Positions 49,589 through 62,590 of a stretch of 64,000 nucleotides of DNA are shown here, one piece after another (the first letter of the stretch is position 1; each line of letters begins with the position of its first letter). A model generated the notes under the pieces. It searched no databases, was not told the DNA's origin, and was given only the letters and a program-made list of their open reading frames with translations. The position numbers and the translations under genes are program-made. The DNA comes from Octopus sinensis (Eukaryota), in contig NC_043020.1 in assembly GCF_006345805.1 (NCBI RefSeq), positions 17,794,001 to 17,858,000 on the forward strand. The letters run 5' to 3'.

Positions 49589-50937
49589 GTAAGCTAATTA
49601 GTATCTTCTATCTTTTACTTGTTTCCGTCATCAGACTGTGGCCATGCCTTGAAGAATCTTTATTTGAACAAATTGACCCCAGTATTCTTTTTTCTGAAGT
49701 CTGGTACTTATTTTATTGGTCCCTTTTGCCAAATCACTAAGTTACAGGGACATAAACACACCAACACCAGTTGTCAAATGGTAGCGGAACACACACATAT
49801 GACAGGCTTCTTTCAGTTTCCATCTATCCAATCCAATCACAAGTCTTTGGTTGGCCTGGTGCTATAGTAGAAGACATTTGTCCAAGGTACCAAGCAATAA
49901 GATTGAACCTGGAACCATGTGGTTGGGCGGCAAGCTACTTACCACACAGCCCCACACATACATACTGTACATCTGTTTTAACAGGTTAATGTGCGCATTA
50001 ACAGAGGGCAATAATGTTTGAGTGTGCAAGACATACATGTATATGTGAGGTCAAGCTTTTGTATGTGTATGAGAGAAGGGTTGTATTTGTAGCAAGTAAC
50101 AGTTTGCATGAGATTTATATGTGAGCAGGTGTTGGTTTGTGTACATCCTCATAACTTAACAGTTCAACAAAAGAGACTGATAAAATAAGCAATAAGCGCC
50201 CAACTTTAAAAAGAAAAGACAAAAACTGGACCAATTTGTTCAACTAAATCCTTCAAGGTGGTACACCAGCATCAACACGGTTCAAAGACTGAAAGAAGTC
50301 AAAAAGAGGAAATGAATGTCTTTTAGATGAACAGGGAATGAAGAGTGGGGTGTTATTTCAGTTTCCTTAATTTTTCTTTTACCTTTCACTTGCTTGAGTC
50401 ATTTGACTGTGGCCATACTGGGGTACCACCCTGAATTTTTAGTCAAATGAATCAACCCCAGTACTTCTTTTTTCTTTTTTTAGCCTGGCACTTCTATTGG
50501 TCTCTTTTGCCAAACTGCTAAGTTACGGAGACATAAACACACCAATTGTCTGTCAAGTGGTGGTGGAGAACAAACAAACACACACACACTCACACACACA
50601 CACACACACTCACACACTCACACACACACACACACACATGATGGGCGTCTTTCAGTTTCCATCTACCAAATCCACTTATAAGGCTTTGATCAGTCCAAGG
50701 CTACTGTAGCAGACACTTGACCAAGGTGCCATGCAGTGAGACTGAACCCAGAACCATTTGGTTGGGAAACAAGCTTCTTACCACACAGTGATCATTGCTC
50801 CTTTTCTTTTTTTCCTTCCACTCTAAATAGCATCCTCATTGTGGAGTTTGAAATTTAAATGTAGCAGTCAAAATATTGTCCCACTTTAGCAAATTGTATT
50901 CTCACAGACTTCTCTGTTATCCGGTATCTTTGTTCAG

Positions 50938-51108
50938 TGTGTAATTAAAGATGTTCCTGTCTTGTTAATCAACACTCACCTGGAGAGTATGGCTGGCCAT
51001 GCCACCGAGAGACAACGTCAGCTAAACATTGGTTTCAAGAAAGTTCTGGAAACTGACAAGAAAAGGACAGTGATATTTGGCGGGGATCTGAACCTACGAG
51101 AGAAAGAG
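50938..51108 (+). CDS. TDP2: TDP2 exon 5
   Basis: Acceptor TTTGTTCAG|. CVIKDVPVLLINTHLESMAGHATERQRQL...TVIFGGDLNLREKE includes the HLES and GDxN catalytic motifs. Phase-0 donor GAG|GTATTG. Confidence 0.93.
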
Positions 51109-51194
51109 GTATTGTTTGCTTTTTAATTCTATTTTATTTCATCAATAAAATATGTGTGTGTGTGTATATATATCTATATATATATATATATATA

Positions 51195-51640
51195 TCATCA
51201 TCATTTAGCGTCCGCTTTCCATGCTAGCATGGGTTGGACGGTTCAACTGGGGTCTGTGAAGCTGGAAGGCTTCGTCAGGCCCAGTCAGATCTGGCAGTGT
51301 TTCTACGGCTGGATGCCCTTCCTAACGCCAACCACTCCGTGAGTTTAGTGGGTGCTTTTTACGTGCCACCTGCACAGGTGCCAGACAGAGCTGGCAAACG
51401 GCCACGAACAGATGGTGCTTTTACGTGTCACCGGCACGGGGCCAGGCGATGCTGGCAACGGACACGAACGGATGGTGCTTTTACATGCCACTGACACGGG
51501 CCCAGACAGAGCTGGCAAACGGCCACGAACGGATGGTGCTTTTACGTGTCACCGGCACGGGGGCCAGGCGAGGCTGGCAACGGACACGAACGGATGGTGC
51601 TTTTACTTGCCACCGACACGGGGCCAGACAGAGCTGGCAA
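51195..51640 (-). mobile_element. RTE-type 3' end with tandem units of about 62 bp
   Basis: (CAT)n tail, standard 3' UTR and repeated GGTGCTTTTACG...GGCAAACGGCCACG units. Confidence 0.8.
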
Positions 51641-51685
51641 ACTCTCTATATATATATATATATAGATATAGATATGTATATATAA

Positions 51686-51718
<33 letters not shown>

Positions 51719-52222
51719 CACATAGATATGTATATATGTGTCTGTGTATATATGTATATACGTGTATATATATAGAGATATGTATATATGTGTATATATA
51801 GATATATATATATATGTATGTATATATTATATATATATTATATATATATATATGTATGATGTATATACGTATATATATATGTATGTATGTATACGTATAT
51901 ATATATGTATGTATGTATATACGTATATATATATGTATGTATGTATATACGTATATATATATGTATGTATGTATATACGTATATATATATGTATGTATGT
52001 ATATACGTATATATATATGTATGTATGTATATACGTGTATATATATATATGTATGTATGTATATACGTGTATATATATATATGTATGTATATACGTGTAT
52101 ATATATATATGTATGTATGTATATACGTGTATATATATATATGTATGTATGTATATACGTGTATATATATATATGTATGTATGTATATACGTGTATATAT
52201 ATATATGTATGTATGTATATAC

Positions 52223-52266
<44 letters not shown>

Positions 52267-52537
52267 GTATGTATATACGTGTATATATATGTATGTATGT
52301 ATGTATGTATATACATGTATATATATGTATGTATGTATGTATGTATATACATGTATATATATATATATGTATGTATGTATGTATATACATGTATATATAT
52401 GTATGTATGTATGTATGTATATACGTGTATATATATATATATATGTATGTATGTATATACGTGTATATATATATATATGTATGTATGTATATACGTGTAT
52501 ATATATATATATGTATATATATGTATGTATATACGTG

Positions 52538-52570
<33 letters not shown>

Positions 52571-52587
52571 ATGTATGTATATACGTG

Positions 52588-52622
<35 letters not shown>

Positions 52623-52629
52623 ATACGTG

Positions 52630-52660
<31 letters not shown>

Positions 52661-52663
52661 ATA

Positions 52664-52705
<42 letters not shown>

Positions 52706-52721
52706 ATACGTGTATATATAT

Positions 52722-52752
<31 letters not shown>

Positions 52753-52924
52753 GTATGTATATACGTTAGGAAGGGCATCCAGCTGTAGAAACATTGCCAG
52801 ATTAGACTGGAGCCTGGTGCAGCCTTCTGGCTTCCCAGAACCCCGGTCGAACCGTCCAACCCATGCTAGCATGGAGAACGGACGTTAAACGATGATGATG
52901 ATGATATGATATGTATGTATATAC

Positions 52925-52976
<52 letters not shown>

Positions 52977-53303
52977 ACGTGTGTATATATATAATATATA
53001 TGTATGTATATACGTGTTATATATATATATGTATGTATATACGTGTATATATATATATATATGTATGTACGTGTATATATATATATGTATGTATGTATGT
53101 ATATATATATATGTATGTATGTAGTATATATATATATGTATGATGTATGTATGTATATATATATATATATATGTATGTATATATATATATATATGTATAT
53201 ATATATAGTATATATATATATGTATGTATGTATGTATGTATATATATATATATATTATATGTATGTATATGTATATATATATATAATGTATGTATGTATG
53301 ATG

Positions 53304-53334
<31 letters not shown>

Positions 53335-53344
53335 GATATATATA

Positions 53345-53377
<33 letters not shown>

Positions 53378-53644
53378 ATATATATAATATATATGTATGT
53401 TGTATGTATATATATTATATTATATATATATATGTATGTATGTATATACGTGTATATATATATTATATGTATGTATGTATATACGTGTATATATATATAT
53501 ATGTATGTATATACGTGTGTATATATATATGTATGTATGTATATACGTGTATTATATATATGTATGTATGTATATACGTGTATATATATAATGTATGTAT
53601 GTTATATACGTGTATATATATAATATGTATGTATGTATTACGTG

Positions 53645-53677
<33 letters not shown>

Positions 53678-54458
53678 GATATACGTGTATATAATATATA
53701 TATATGTATGTATGTACGTGTTATATATATAATATATGTATGTATGTATGTACGTGTATATACATATATATATGTATGTATGTATGTACGTGTTATATAT
53801 ATTATATATATGTATGTATGTACGTGTATATATATATATATATATATAGGTATGTATGTACGTGTATATATATATATATATATATAGGTATGTACATACG
53901 TGTATATATATAGGTATGTATATACGTGTATTATATATATATATATATGTATGTATATATACGTGTATATATACGTGTATATATATAGGTATGTATATAC
54001 GTGTATATATATAGTATGTATGTATATATACGTGTATATATGTGTATATATATATATATATATAGTATGTATATACGTGTGTATATATATATTAATATAT
54101 ATATATTAGATATGTATATACGTGTATATAATATATATAGGTATGTATATACGTGTATATATATATATATATAGATATGTATATACGTGTATATATGTGT
54201 ATATATATATATATAGGTATGTATATACGTGTGTATATAATATATATATATATATATATTAGATATGTATATACGTGTCTATATATATATAGGTATGTAT
54301 ATACGTGTATATATATATATATATAGGTATGTTATACGTGTATATAATATATATAGGTATGTTATACGTGTATATATAGGTATGTATATACGTGTATATA
54401 TATAGATATGTATATACGTGTATATATGTTATATATATATATATAGGTATGTATATAC

Positions 54459-54501
<43 letters not shown>

Positions 54502-54650
54502 CGTGTATATATATATAGTATGTATATACGTATATATATATATTATAGGTATGTATATATATGTGTGTGTATGTATATATATATATATTATATATATATA
54601 TAATATATATAATAGGTATGTATATATATATGTGTGTGTGTGTATATAAT
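51640..54650. repeat. About 3-kb compound TA/TATG/TACGTG micro/minisatellite in TDP2 intron 5
   Basis: Basic unit of about 28 nt (ATATATATATGTATGTATGTATATACGT) with variants along the array; interrupted at 52766-52893. Confidence 0.95.
52766..52893 (+). mobile_element. Short RTE 3'-end insertion inside the satellite
   Basis: TTAGGAAGGGCATCCAGCTG...GGACGTTAAACGATGATGATGATGAT. Confidence 0.85.
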
Positions 54651-54840
54651 CCAAACATGAACAAAGAGAAAACACACAATGCGCTAGGACGTGGTACAAG
54701 TATAGTTTTATTGGACACTCAGGAAAGGAAAGAAAGAAGGAGGGTTTAACATTTTGAGTGGAGCTCTTTGTCAGAAACAGAGAAAACTGAAAGGTCCAAG
54801 AAAGGGAAAATGGAAAAAATCGCCAATGATACACATACAG
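54640..54840 (-). mobile_element. Penelope/retrozyme-like repeat with decayed hammerhead
   Basis: Minus strand 54778-54744: GTTT-CTGACAA-A-GAG CTCCA CTC-AAAA-TGTT|AAAC. Stems I and II are retained but core G8 and G12 are mutated. Confidence 0.5.
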
Positions 54841-54873
54841 TCACATATTGAAAAATATATATATATGTATAAA

Positions 54874-56126
54874 CAGGGGTTGGACAAAATAATGGAAACA
54901 CCTAGCATCATAATTTTGAAATATCTATAAAACCGTCAAAAGCTTGTTTATTTTTGTGTTTTTTTGATTTATTATTAGTGTTGCTTAATATGTTTTGCTA
55001 AAGTTGCTGTTTCTTTTCAGATATCATCAGAAAAAAGGTAATTAAAATTCATTAAAATGACAAATCTATCGGACTTTCAAAGAGATCAGATTGTTGGTGC
55101 TCGTATGGCAGGTGCTAGCATAATGAAAGCAGCTGAAATGTTTGGTGTATCAAGAAATACTGTCTCAAAAGTAATGATAGCCTTTGAGAAAGAGGGAAAA
55201 ACCTCCTCGTCGAAACAAAACCCAAACTTTCAGATAGGGACCATCGGACTCTTATGCGAAATGTTAGAAAGGATCACGAAAGTACAGCTCCCAAAATTAC
55301 TGCAGAGCTTAATGACCACCTCGAGAATCCAGTTTGCACAAAAACTATTTACTGGGAGCTGCATAAAGCCAGATTTCCCGGGTGGGCTGCAATCAGAAAA
55401 CTACTACTTTCAAAAACAAACATTGCAAAGCATTTAGAGTGAGGTAAAAACCTACAGAATTGGTCCCTAGGCAGTGGAAGAATGTTATTTTCTTGGACAA
55501 GTCATCCATTACTTTATTTCCGACCACCAGCCGAGTATATGTGTGAAGACAGCCAAAAGAAGCATTTAACCCAGACTGCCTTCTTCCAACTGTTAAACAT
55601 GGAGGAGGATCTGTGATGATCCGGGAGGCTATATCTTGGAAATCCACCAGCCCAATGTTTTCCCTTCATGGCAGAATTAATAGTCAAGACTATTTAAGCA
55701 TTTTAACTGATCAAATTCATCCTGTGATTATGTGACTGTTTCTGGAGGGAAATACAATCTTTCAGGATGAGAATGCACCAATTCACACAGCTAAAGTTGT
55801 TACTAAATGGCACGAGAAACATTCTAGTGAAGTTGGACATCTTATCTGGCCACCATAGACCCCCAGATCTCAATATTATTGAACATTTATGGTGCATTTT
55901 AGAAAAATAAGTAAGGAGTCGCTATCCTCCACCATCATCACTACAAGAACTGGAGACTATTTTAGTTGAAGAATGGACAAAAATTCCTTTGGAAACAATT
56001 CAAACTTTGTATGAGTTCATCCTCATAGAATTTAAACTGTAATTACTGCCAAAGGCAGTCCTACCCCATATTAAAATTAATTTGTTTGAAATTTTAAGGT
56101 GTTTACATTATTTTGTCCAACCCCTA
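54874..56126 (+). mobile_element. Full-length but inactivated Tc1 (DD34E) transposon, about 1.25 kb
   Basis: TIRs CAGGGGTTGGACAAAATAATGGAAACACCT and the matching right end. HTH MTNLSDFQRDQIVGARMAGAS, catalytic FQDENAPIH and PDLNIIEHLW; frameshifts and stops. Confidence 0.92.
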
Positions 56127-56549
56127 TGTATGTATATTTATATATTATATAAAATCCGTTGTCTGTCTGTGTGTCTTCTAGGATCTTGGGCATCCTCCAT
56201 TGATTGCGCTCAAATTTGATATGTAGATACCGACGGTATCAGGGCGTGTATAAGTCTTGAAAAAATTACAAAAATCGATTCCAGGTGAGAATGAGATCGC
56301 TAAAGCTGTGGGAACGTGCATTTGTACACGCAAGTACATCAGCTGTTGCGATCGATACTACATGTATGCGAGAAAAATGCACGTGCAGTTTGCGCAAAAA
56401 AAGCTGGCCTGTTTGGTGTCTCAAATTTAGGTTAAATCAGTGTTTCTCAAGGGGGAGGTCTATGGGATGGTCAGACAAGTTGTTTTGAGAAAATTTGGTT
56501 TAAATGTTTGACAACTCAGCACTGTCTATTGGATGAGGGGTATTTTGCT

Positions 56550-56582
<33 letters not shown>

Positions 56583-56585
<3 letters not shown>

Positions 56586-56763
56586 AGATCGTTAGCCACT
56601 ACACACATTTTTTTTCTCTCCTTATTTTTTCTGTGTCCCTTTCTGTAGAAGAGTGTAGGCTTGAAACGTAAAAGACTCTTTCTATTCCTGAGCGTTATAC
56701 TAATACATCTGTTTGTTTTGTACACCACCTGTCTTCATCTTTTGTTTTTTCCATAAACTCTCC
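56583..56763 (+). mobile_element. 181-bp Penelope/retrozyme-like repeat, second copy (CUGUAGA core)
   Basis: 56639-56674: CTTT-CTGTAGA-A-GAGT GTAG GCTT-GAAA-CGTA|AAAG; flanked by (TA)n. Confidence 0.7.
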
Positions 56764-57272
56764 TATATATATATACACATACACACACCTTTATGTATTT
56801 GTTTTGCAAGATTCTTAATGTGAAGTCGTGTGTTGAAATAAATATTGTTATGCTTGTGGGTGGTCTAATTTGCCAATTAAACACACACACACATACTATA
56901 TAGTTGGCCTTCACTTCAGCTTTATTATCATTATTATTAAGGCACTAAGCTGACAGAATCGTAAGCACGCTGGGTGAAATATTTAGCAGTATGTGCTGAG
57001 GTCGACTTTACCTTTCATCCTTTCGGGGTTGATAAATTAAGTACCAGTAAAACACTGGGGTTGAATACTTATCTCCTCCCCACCAAATTTCAGGCCTTGT
57101 GCCTATTGTAGAAAAGATTATTATTATTTTAGTTTCTTTGTCAAAGTTCTTTCATTGTACATTCAGTGATCTCTTCAGTTCTTTATCCCACGTGTCTTCT
57201 CTTGTTCTGCTTATTCTACTTTATATATCATTCTTCTCTAAATTTATATAATTTACTTTTCTTTCTATGCAG

Positions 57273-57560
57273 TTGGTGAATGTTGGAGGAATTCCAAACC
57301 AAGTGATTGATGTTTGGGAGGCAACAGGGAAACGTCCAGAGGCAAAGTTCACATGGGATACTCAGCGGAATGATAACAAAGGCTTTGAGGGCAAATTTAA
57401 GCCAAGGTGCCGGTTTGATCGCATCTATCTGCGTAATGCTCAGCCAAAGGCCTTGAAGCCTGTATACTTTGAACTTGTTGGTCTTGAACGCATTCCAAAA
57501 TGTCATCGGTTTGCCAGTGATCATTGGGGATTGTTGGTGCATATAAACATTGAGGCCTGA
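57273..57560 (+). CDS. TDP2: TDP2 exon 6 (terminal coding exon)
   Basis: Acceptor CTTTCTATGCAG|. LVNVGGIPNQVIDVWEATG...FTWDT...RFDRIY...FASDHWGLLVHINIEA* includes the catalytic SDH. The six exons sum to 1104 nt (367 aa plus stop). Confidence 0.95.
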   Translation: MVNVGGIPNQVIDVWEATGKRPEAKFTWDTQRNDNKGFEGKFKPRCRFDRIYLRNAQPKALKPVYFELVGLERIPKCHRFASDHWGLLVHINIEA

Positions 57561-59964
57561 GTGCAGCGGCACCGAGTGAGGGGTAGGTGGGGTGGTGGTG
57601 GTAAATGTGAGTGAAGATAAGTGGCCTTGAATAGTAAGTGAATGGGTGCTGAGTGAGAGCTATGATGTGGTGAGTGGAAACTTAGATGATTGTTCTTGAA
57701 GGGTCGGGATAGTAGAGCTGAGTTGTGGTAGTGAGTAAGAGCTGTGATGAGTGGAAGCTGGGGTGAGTATTCTGTAGTGATGGAGAGTGGTGTGAGGGAA
57801 CTGAGGTGATGGTGCTGCATCAGAACTAGATTGAAAATGGGAAAGGGAGTGGGGTTCATATTGAGTTGGAATGAAAGACCACACTTGAAATAATTTCTTT
57901 TACATTATCTTCATTAAATGATTTTCTTTTTTTCTACTTCGTTAAACATTTATTTTTCTACATTTGTATTTCATCCATTTCAGATTGTTAGATCATTTGT
58001 TTTAATTGTTTCTTTAAAATCGTACTTCTGAAAGTGAGTACTAACTGCCTTCCGGGGAGCACTGCAAAAATTTTACATGATTACTGGGGACAAAGGGGTG
58101 ACAGGTGTTGGGAGCAGGGCGACTACACCTGCACCTGTATAATTTTTGTCTGCCATTTGAACATTAACTTTAAAATGAATTTAAATGTAATATTATGATA
58201 TTACACTTAAATGGAGAATGGCTGTTAAATGATGAGAAAATCCACCTGCAAGACTTCATTTGGCCTGGGGGCTTTAGTAGAAGACATTTGCCTTAGGTGC
58301 CATGCAGTGGGACTGAACCCAAAATGATATGGTTGGGAAGCAATTTTCTTACCACACATCCATTCTTTTGCCTTCAATGCTTTGCAGTATTCATTCCAGT
58401 TCTTATCACTCTGCATTCAAATCCTGCCAAGGTCAGTTTTACCTTTCGTCTCTTTAGGGTTGATAAATATCAGGGCCAATTCTTTTTCTCCAGGTAGAAA
58501 TCAGTTGTGGAGAGGAATGGGCTCTGCCACCCTTTAACATTTCAATCAGCCTGAATATCCTACCTGTTTTATGTTCAGCCAGCCAGATCCGGATTCTCAT
58601 CATTTAAAGTGGAGGAAAGTTATGGAAGAAGAAATCCCTAGAAGACATGGGACAAAGTATTGAAGGCCAATCTCAAAACACTGAGCGTTATGAAGACCCA
58701 CCTATCCTGACAGAATTAAGATCCTAAAATCAAGGTGCCACATAAAAAGCATTGGTGTTAGTGCTGGTTCCATGTAAAATGCACCCAGCACACTTTATGA
58801 AGTGGTTGGTGTTAGGAAGGACATCCAGTTTTAGAAACTAAGCCAAAACAGACGATGCAACTTGGTGAAGCCCCTGGCCTTGCCCAGTTCCCATCAAGCC
58901 ATTCAACTCATGCCAGCATGGAAAATGAGTGTTAACTGTTGATAACACAATCAAAATTATTGCAGCTATGATATCATGCATGGTCAATTCAAAACAATGG
59001 GAATAAATAAGCTCTACATTTGACAGTGTGATCTGAATGCTAAAAGGTTAAAATGCTTAAGTGATACCCAGTGTGTTAATGATTCTTCTAGCTTGCCACT
59101 TTATAATTCTATTACTTGTTTCAGTCATTTGACTGTGGCCATGCTAGAGCACCTACTTAAAGGGATTTTTTTGTCAAAATCAACCCCAGGATATTCTATC
59201 AGTCTCTTTTGCTGAACTGCTAAATTACAAGGACATAAACACCAACATTGGTTTCCAGCAATGGTGATGGGACATAGACACAAATATAAATATATTCATA
59301 TATGCATACGGGCTTCTTTCAGTTTCTGTCTACCAAAACCTCTCTCAAGGCTTTGGTTGGTCTGGGGCTATACTAGAAGACACTTGCTTAAGGTGCCACA
59401 CAATAGGACAACCCGGAGCCATGTGGTTGGGAAGCAAGTTTCTTACCACACAGCCATGCCTAAAATATGTTAAATATACATTATATTTAAGTGTGTCAGC
59501 ATTGGAGATTGTATGTACTCCTTGTTGGCAATCTCTGAAGTCTGAGAAAGATGATTATGTTTCATGATCATGTTACTTGTTAGGCCAAAGTCAGATACAC
59601 ATGGTTGCAGATTGGGCAAGAAATAATGCTTGTTGGGATGGGTGTGGATGCCTTGATGCCTTTCTGTAGTTCTCGTGACTTGTTCTGAGGGGTTACATCA
59701 TCATCATCATCATCATTTAATGTCCACTTTCCATGCTAGCATGGGTTGGACGGTTTGACTGAGGGCTGGTGAACCAGATGGCTGCACCAAGCTCCAGTCT
59801 TGATCTGGCAGAGTTTTTACAGCTGGATGCCCTTCCTAACGCCAACCACTCCGAGAGTGTAGTGGGTGCTTTTACGTGCCACTAGCACGGAGACCAGTCA
59901 GGTGGTACTGGCAACGACCTTGCTCGAATCTTTTTACACATGTGAGCGAGGTCGTTGCCAGTAC

Positions 59965-60450
59965 CGCCTGACTGCCCCCCGTGCCTGTTTTGGTTTGGAG
60001 GTTTTTGCCTTGGAGCATGGGTTGAGTGAGTTAGTCTGGTCAGCTACAGTACAGTTGAGATTGCAAGGCGGGAGTTCAGCCCATTTCCAGTTGGATTTTA
60101 GATTGCCTTTATACCACTTCCTAAGGTGACCTGAGGTATAGCTATTCCCCTACAATTTGCTGCAGTATCCTGGATTTATCCCTGGGGATCAAATGCCCAG
60201 TCCATCCAAGTTAAGTTTTTGTGATCTTGACTTCGATGCTTGTAGAGTTGGCTCTATCCAAGATTGTCAGGTTGGAGATGTGGTCCTGCCACCAGATATA
60301 CCTAATCAGTTGCAGAGAGCACTTGTGAAATTGCTCGTTTTAACATGTCTGTAGTGCACTGTCTGTTTCACATCCATGCAGGAGTGTTGAGAGGTGAATG
60401 TGTTTGTTCTAAAGAACTTTGACCTGGAGTTTCCCCAGTGCCTGTCTTAC
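59965..60450 (-). mobile_element. BovB-like RTE ORF fragment between two oppositely oriented RTE 3' ends (59695-59965 minus, 60450-60685 plus)
   Basis: Minus strand STLLHGCET...EQFHKCSL...IWWQDHISNLTILDRANSTSIE...GWTGHL matches RTE-BovB C-terminal motifs. Confidence 0.7.
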
Positions 60451-61909
60451 TGGATTTTACCATCACTGCCAGCTCTGTCTGGCACCTGTGCGGGTGGCAC
60501 ATAAAAAGCACCCACTACACTCTCGGAGTGGTTGGCATTAGGAAGGGCATCCAGCCGTAGAAACACTGCCAGATTTGACTGGGCCTGATGAAGCCTTCTG
60601 GCTTCACAGACCCCAGTAGAGCCGTCCAACCCATGCTAGCATGGAAAACGGACGCTAAACGATGATGATGATGATGATGATGATGGAGGTTGTACACACC
60701 CCAGGTATTTCAAACTACATTCTGTAATTGTGCGTCATTGTGACAGGGTGCTATTAGGTGCAGGTTGGAGGACCTTTGTCTCAAGCCAAACAACCTGGAT
60801 GCAGTGGAGAGTACCTATTAATCACCAATAAAATGCAGCAAAATTTTACTCGTATTCTTATGTAAATCATAAAATAAAATTAGCATCAATAGCAATTAAA
60901 CAGTCTTTATTTTATTGAGACACCGACAGTTCCACTTAGTTCTGGTGCCACAATAAAAGAACCCAGTACACTCAGTAAAGTGATTGGCATTAGGAGGGGC
61001 ATCCAGCCATTGAAATCCTGCCAAAGAAGACACTGGAGTAAGATGAAGTCCTTGGACTCACTGGAGCCAGCATGGGTGACATGTTAAAACAATGATGATA
61101 GCAGAAGTTCCTACTACAAATATCCAATGAAGCTACATACAAAATACTATAGTGTTTGAAAATTTTATTCTTTCACTTCCTGAAAATTAAAAATGCTATT
61201 TTCCTTTCTTTTGATTCGGATTAGATTCTTTTAAAAAATCAGCCAGCCATGTTTGAAGATTGCTTTTAAAAAAGCTTTACAAAATGCGAGTTTAATAAAT
61301 ACTTTGTTTTCTTTGGGTAACACAACTATGTGTATGCATCACTAGAAAAAAACTGAAAAATTGAGTAAAAACTTAAATCATTATCAAAATTAAACTAACT
61401 CTCTACAAGAAACGTTTTTCAATGCCAATTTTTACAGCAGACGCACATTTTTGGCTGCATCAGTAAAGCTTAAAGCCACTTTCAAGTTTGTTTTGTTTAG
61501 AACTCGTAAACTTTTACAATGTACTTTATGTAGCAATTACAATAAATTAGACTAAACACTTCCACATAATTTACTAAAGAAATGTCTGTGTTTTATATGT
61601 GAGAGATATCTTTTACCAAGTTTTCAGTATCCATAATTAGTGGAGCATATACATAAATATGGTACTATATTTTATAGTTACGCCACATGCAAGAGTAGGA
61701 CTGTTGAAAAGAAAAGAAAAGAGAACCTTGAGAAATGAATGTTGATGCTGGTAGGTTTACATCTCCGTAACTTAGCGGTTCGGCAAAAGAGACCGATAGA
61801 ATAAGTACTAGGCTTACAAAGAATAAGTCCTGGGGTCAATTTGCTCTACTGAAAGTGGTGCTCTGGCATGGCCACAGTCAAATGACTAAAAGAAGTAAAA
61901 GAGTATATA

Positions 61910-62590
61910 CAGGGTGCAATGGGTAAATTGTTGCTATTTTATATTTTCAATTTCATCCATGCACACTTTTTGATTTTGTTGACTATAGTAGGGTCAGTTA
62001 GGCACTGTCTGTGAGAAAAATAGTACCATGATGCATTTCACTCTGTCAGAAATTTGGAAACAACATGCTGTACTGCTTGGCATTCATGCCAGAAACTCCA
62101 ATACAAACATGGTGAACACACAGAACAACCGTTGGCTTGCCGTGTCCCCAAAACGTACTGAAATTGATAAAATCAAACATCCAGTCAACATCATGGTGTT
62201 TGGAGTGATCACTAGTGATGGAAACATTATGTCTCCATTCATCTTCCCACATGGCCTTAGACTCAACACGGAGGCCTACATCAAGTGCCTGGAGGAGGCA
62301 GTATGTCCTTGATCGAGGGTGGCAACTGGACTCTGCACCATGCCACAAGCAGGAGAACTCAGTCATGGCTGTCAGACAATTTCTGCAACCACACAACCCC
62401 TAACATCTGGCCATCTAACTCCTCAGACTGCAACCCCCCTTTATTATGTGTGGGGTGCAGTTGAGCGAAAGACCAACAAAAATCCTTGTAGCACCAAAGA
62501 TGAACTAAAGGCAAGGATTATGGCAGCATTCACCAACTTAGAGAAGGAAACTGCCCAGAAGAGTTGCAGGAGATTCCAGAGTCATCTGCA
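61910..62590 (+). mobile_element. maT/DD37D-type Tc1-mariner remnant
   Basis: TA|CAGGGTG start; KHPVNIMVFGVITSDG, LNTEAYIKCLEE, WQLDSAPCHK and DCNPL...YYVWGAVE motifs with frameshifts and deletions. Confidence 0.75.

Noticed and set aside
51603-54834. Many long Y/I/M/C/V/H/T-rich ORFs (up to 418 aa), also at 34729-35283
   Set aside because: These are translations of TA/TG/CA microsatellites that simply lack stop codons.
60584-60610. CTGATGA followed by the stem AGCC/GGCT as a hammerhead (also 51262-51283 and 55020-55035)
   Set aside because: No GAAA follows stem II and no stem III/NUH is present; the first two are point variants of the RTE tail.
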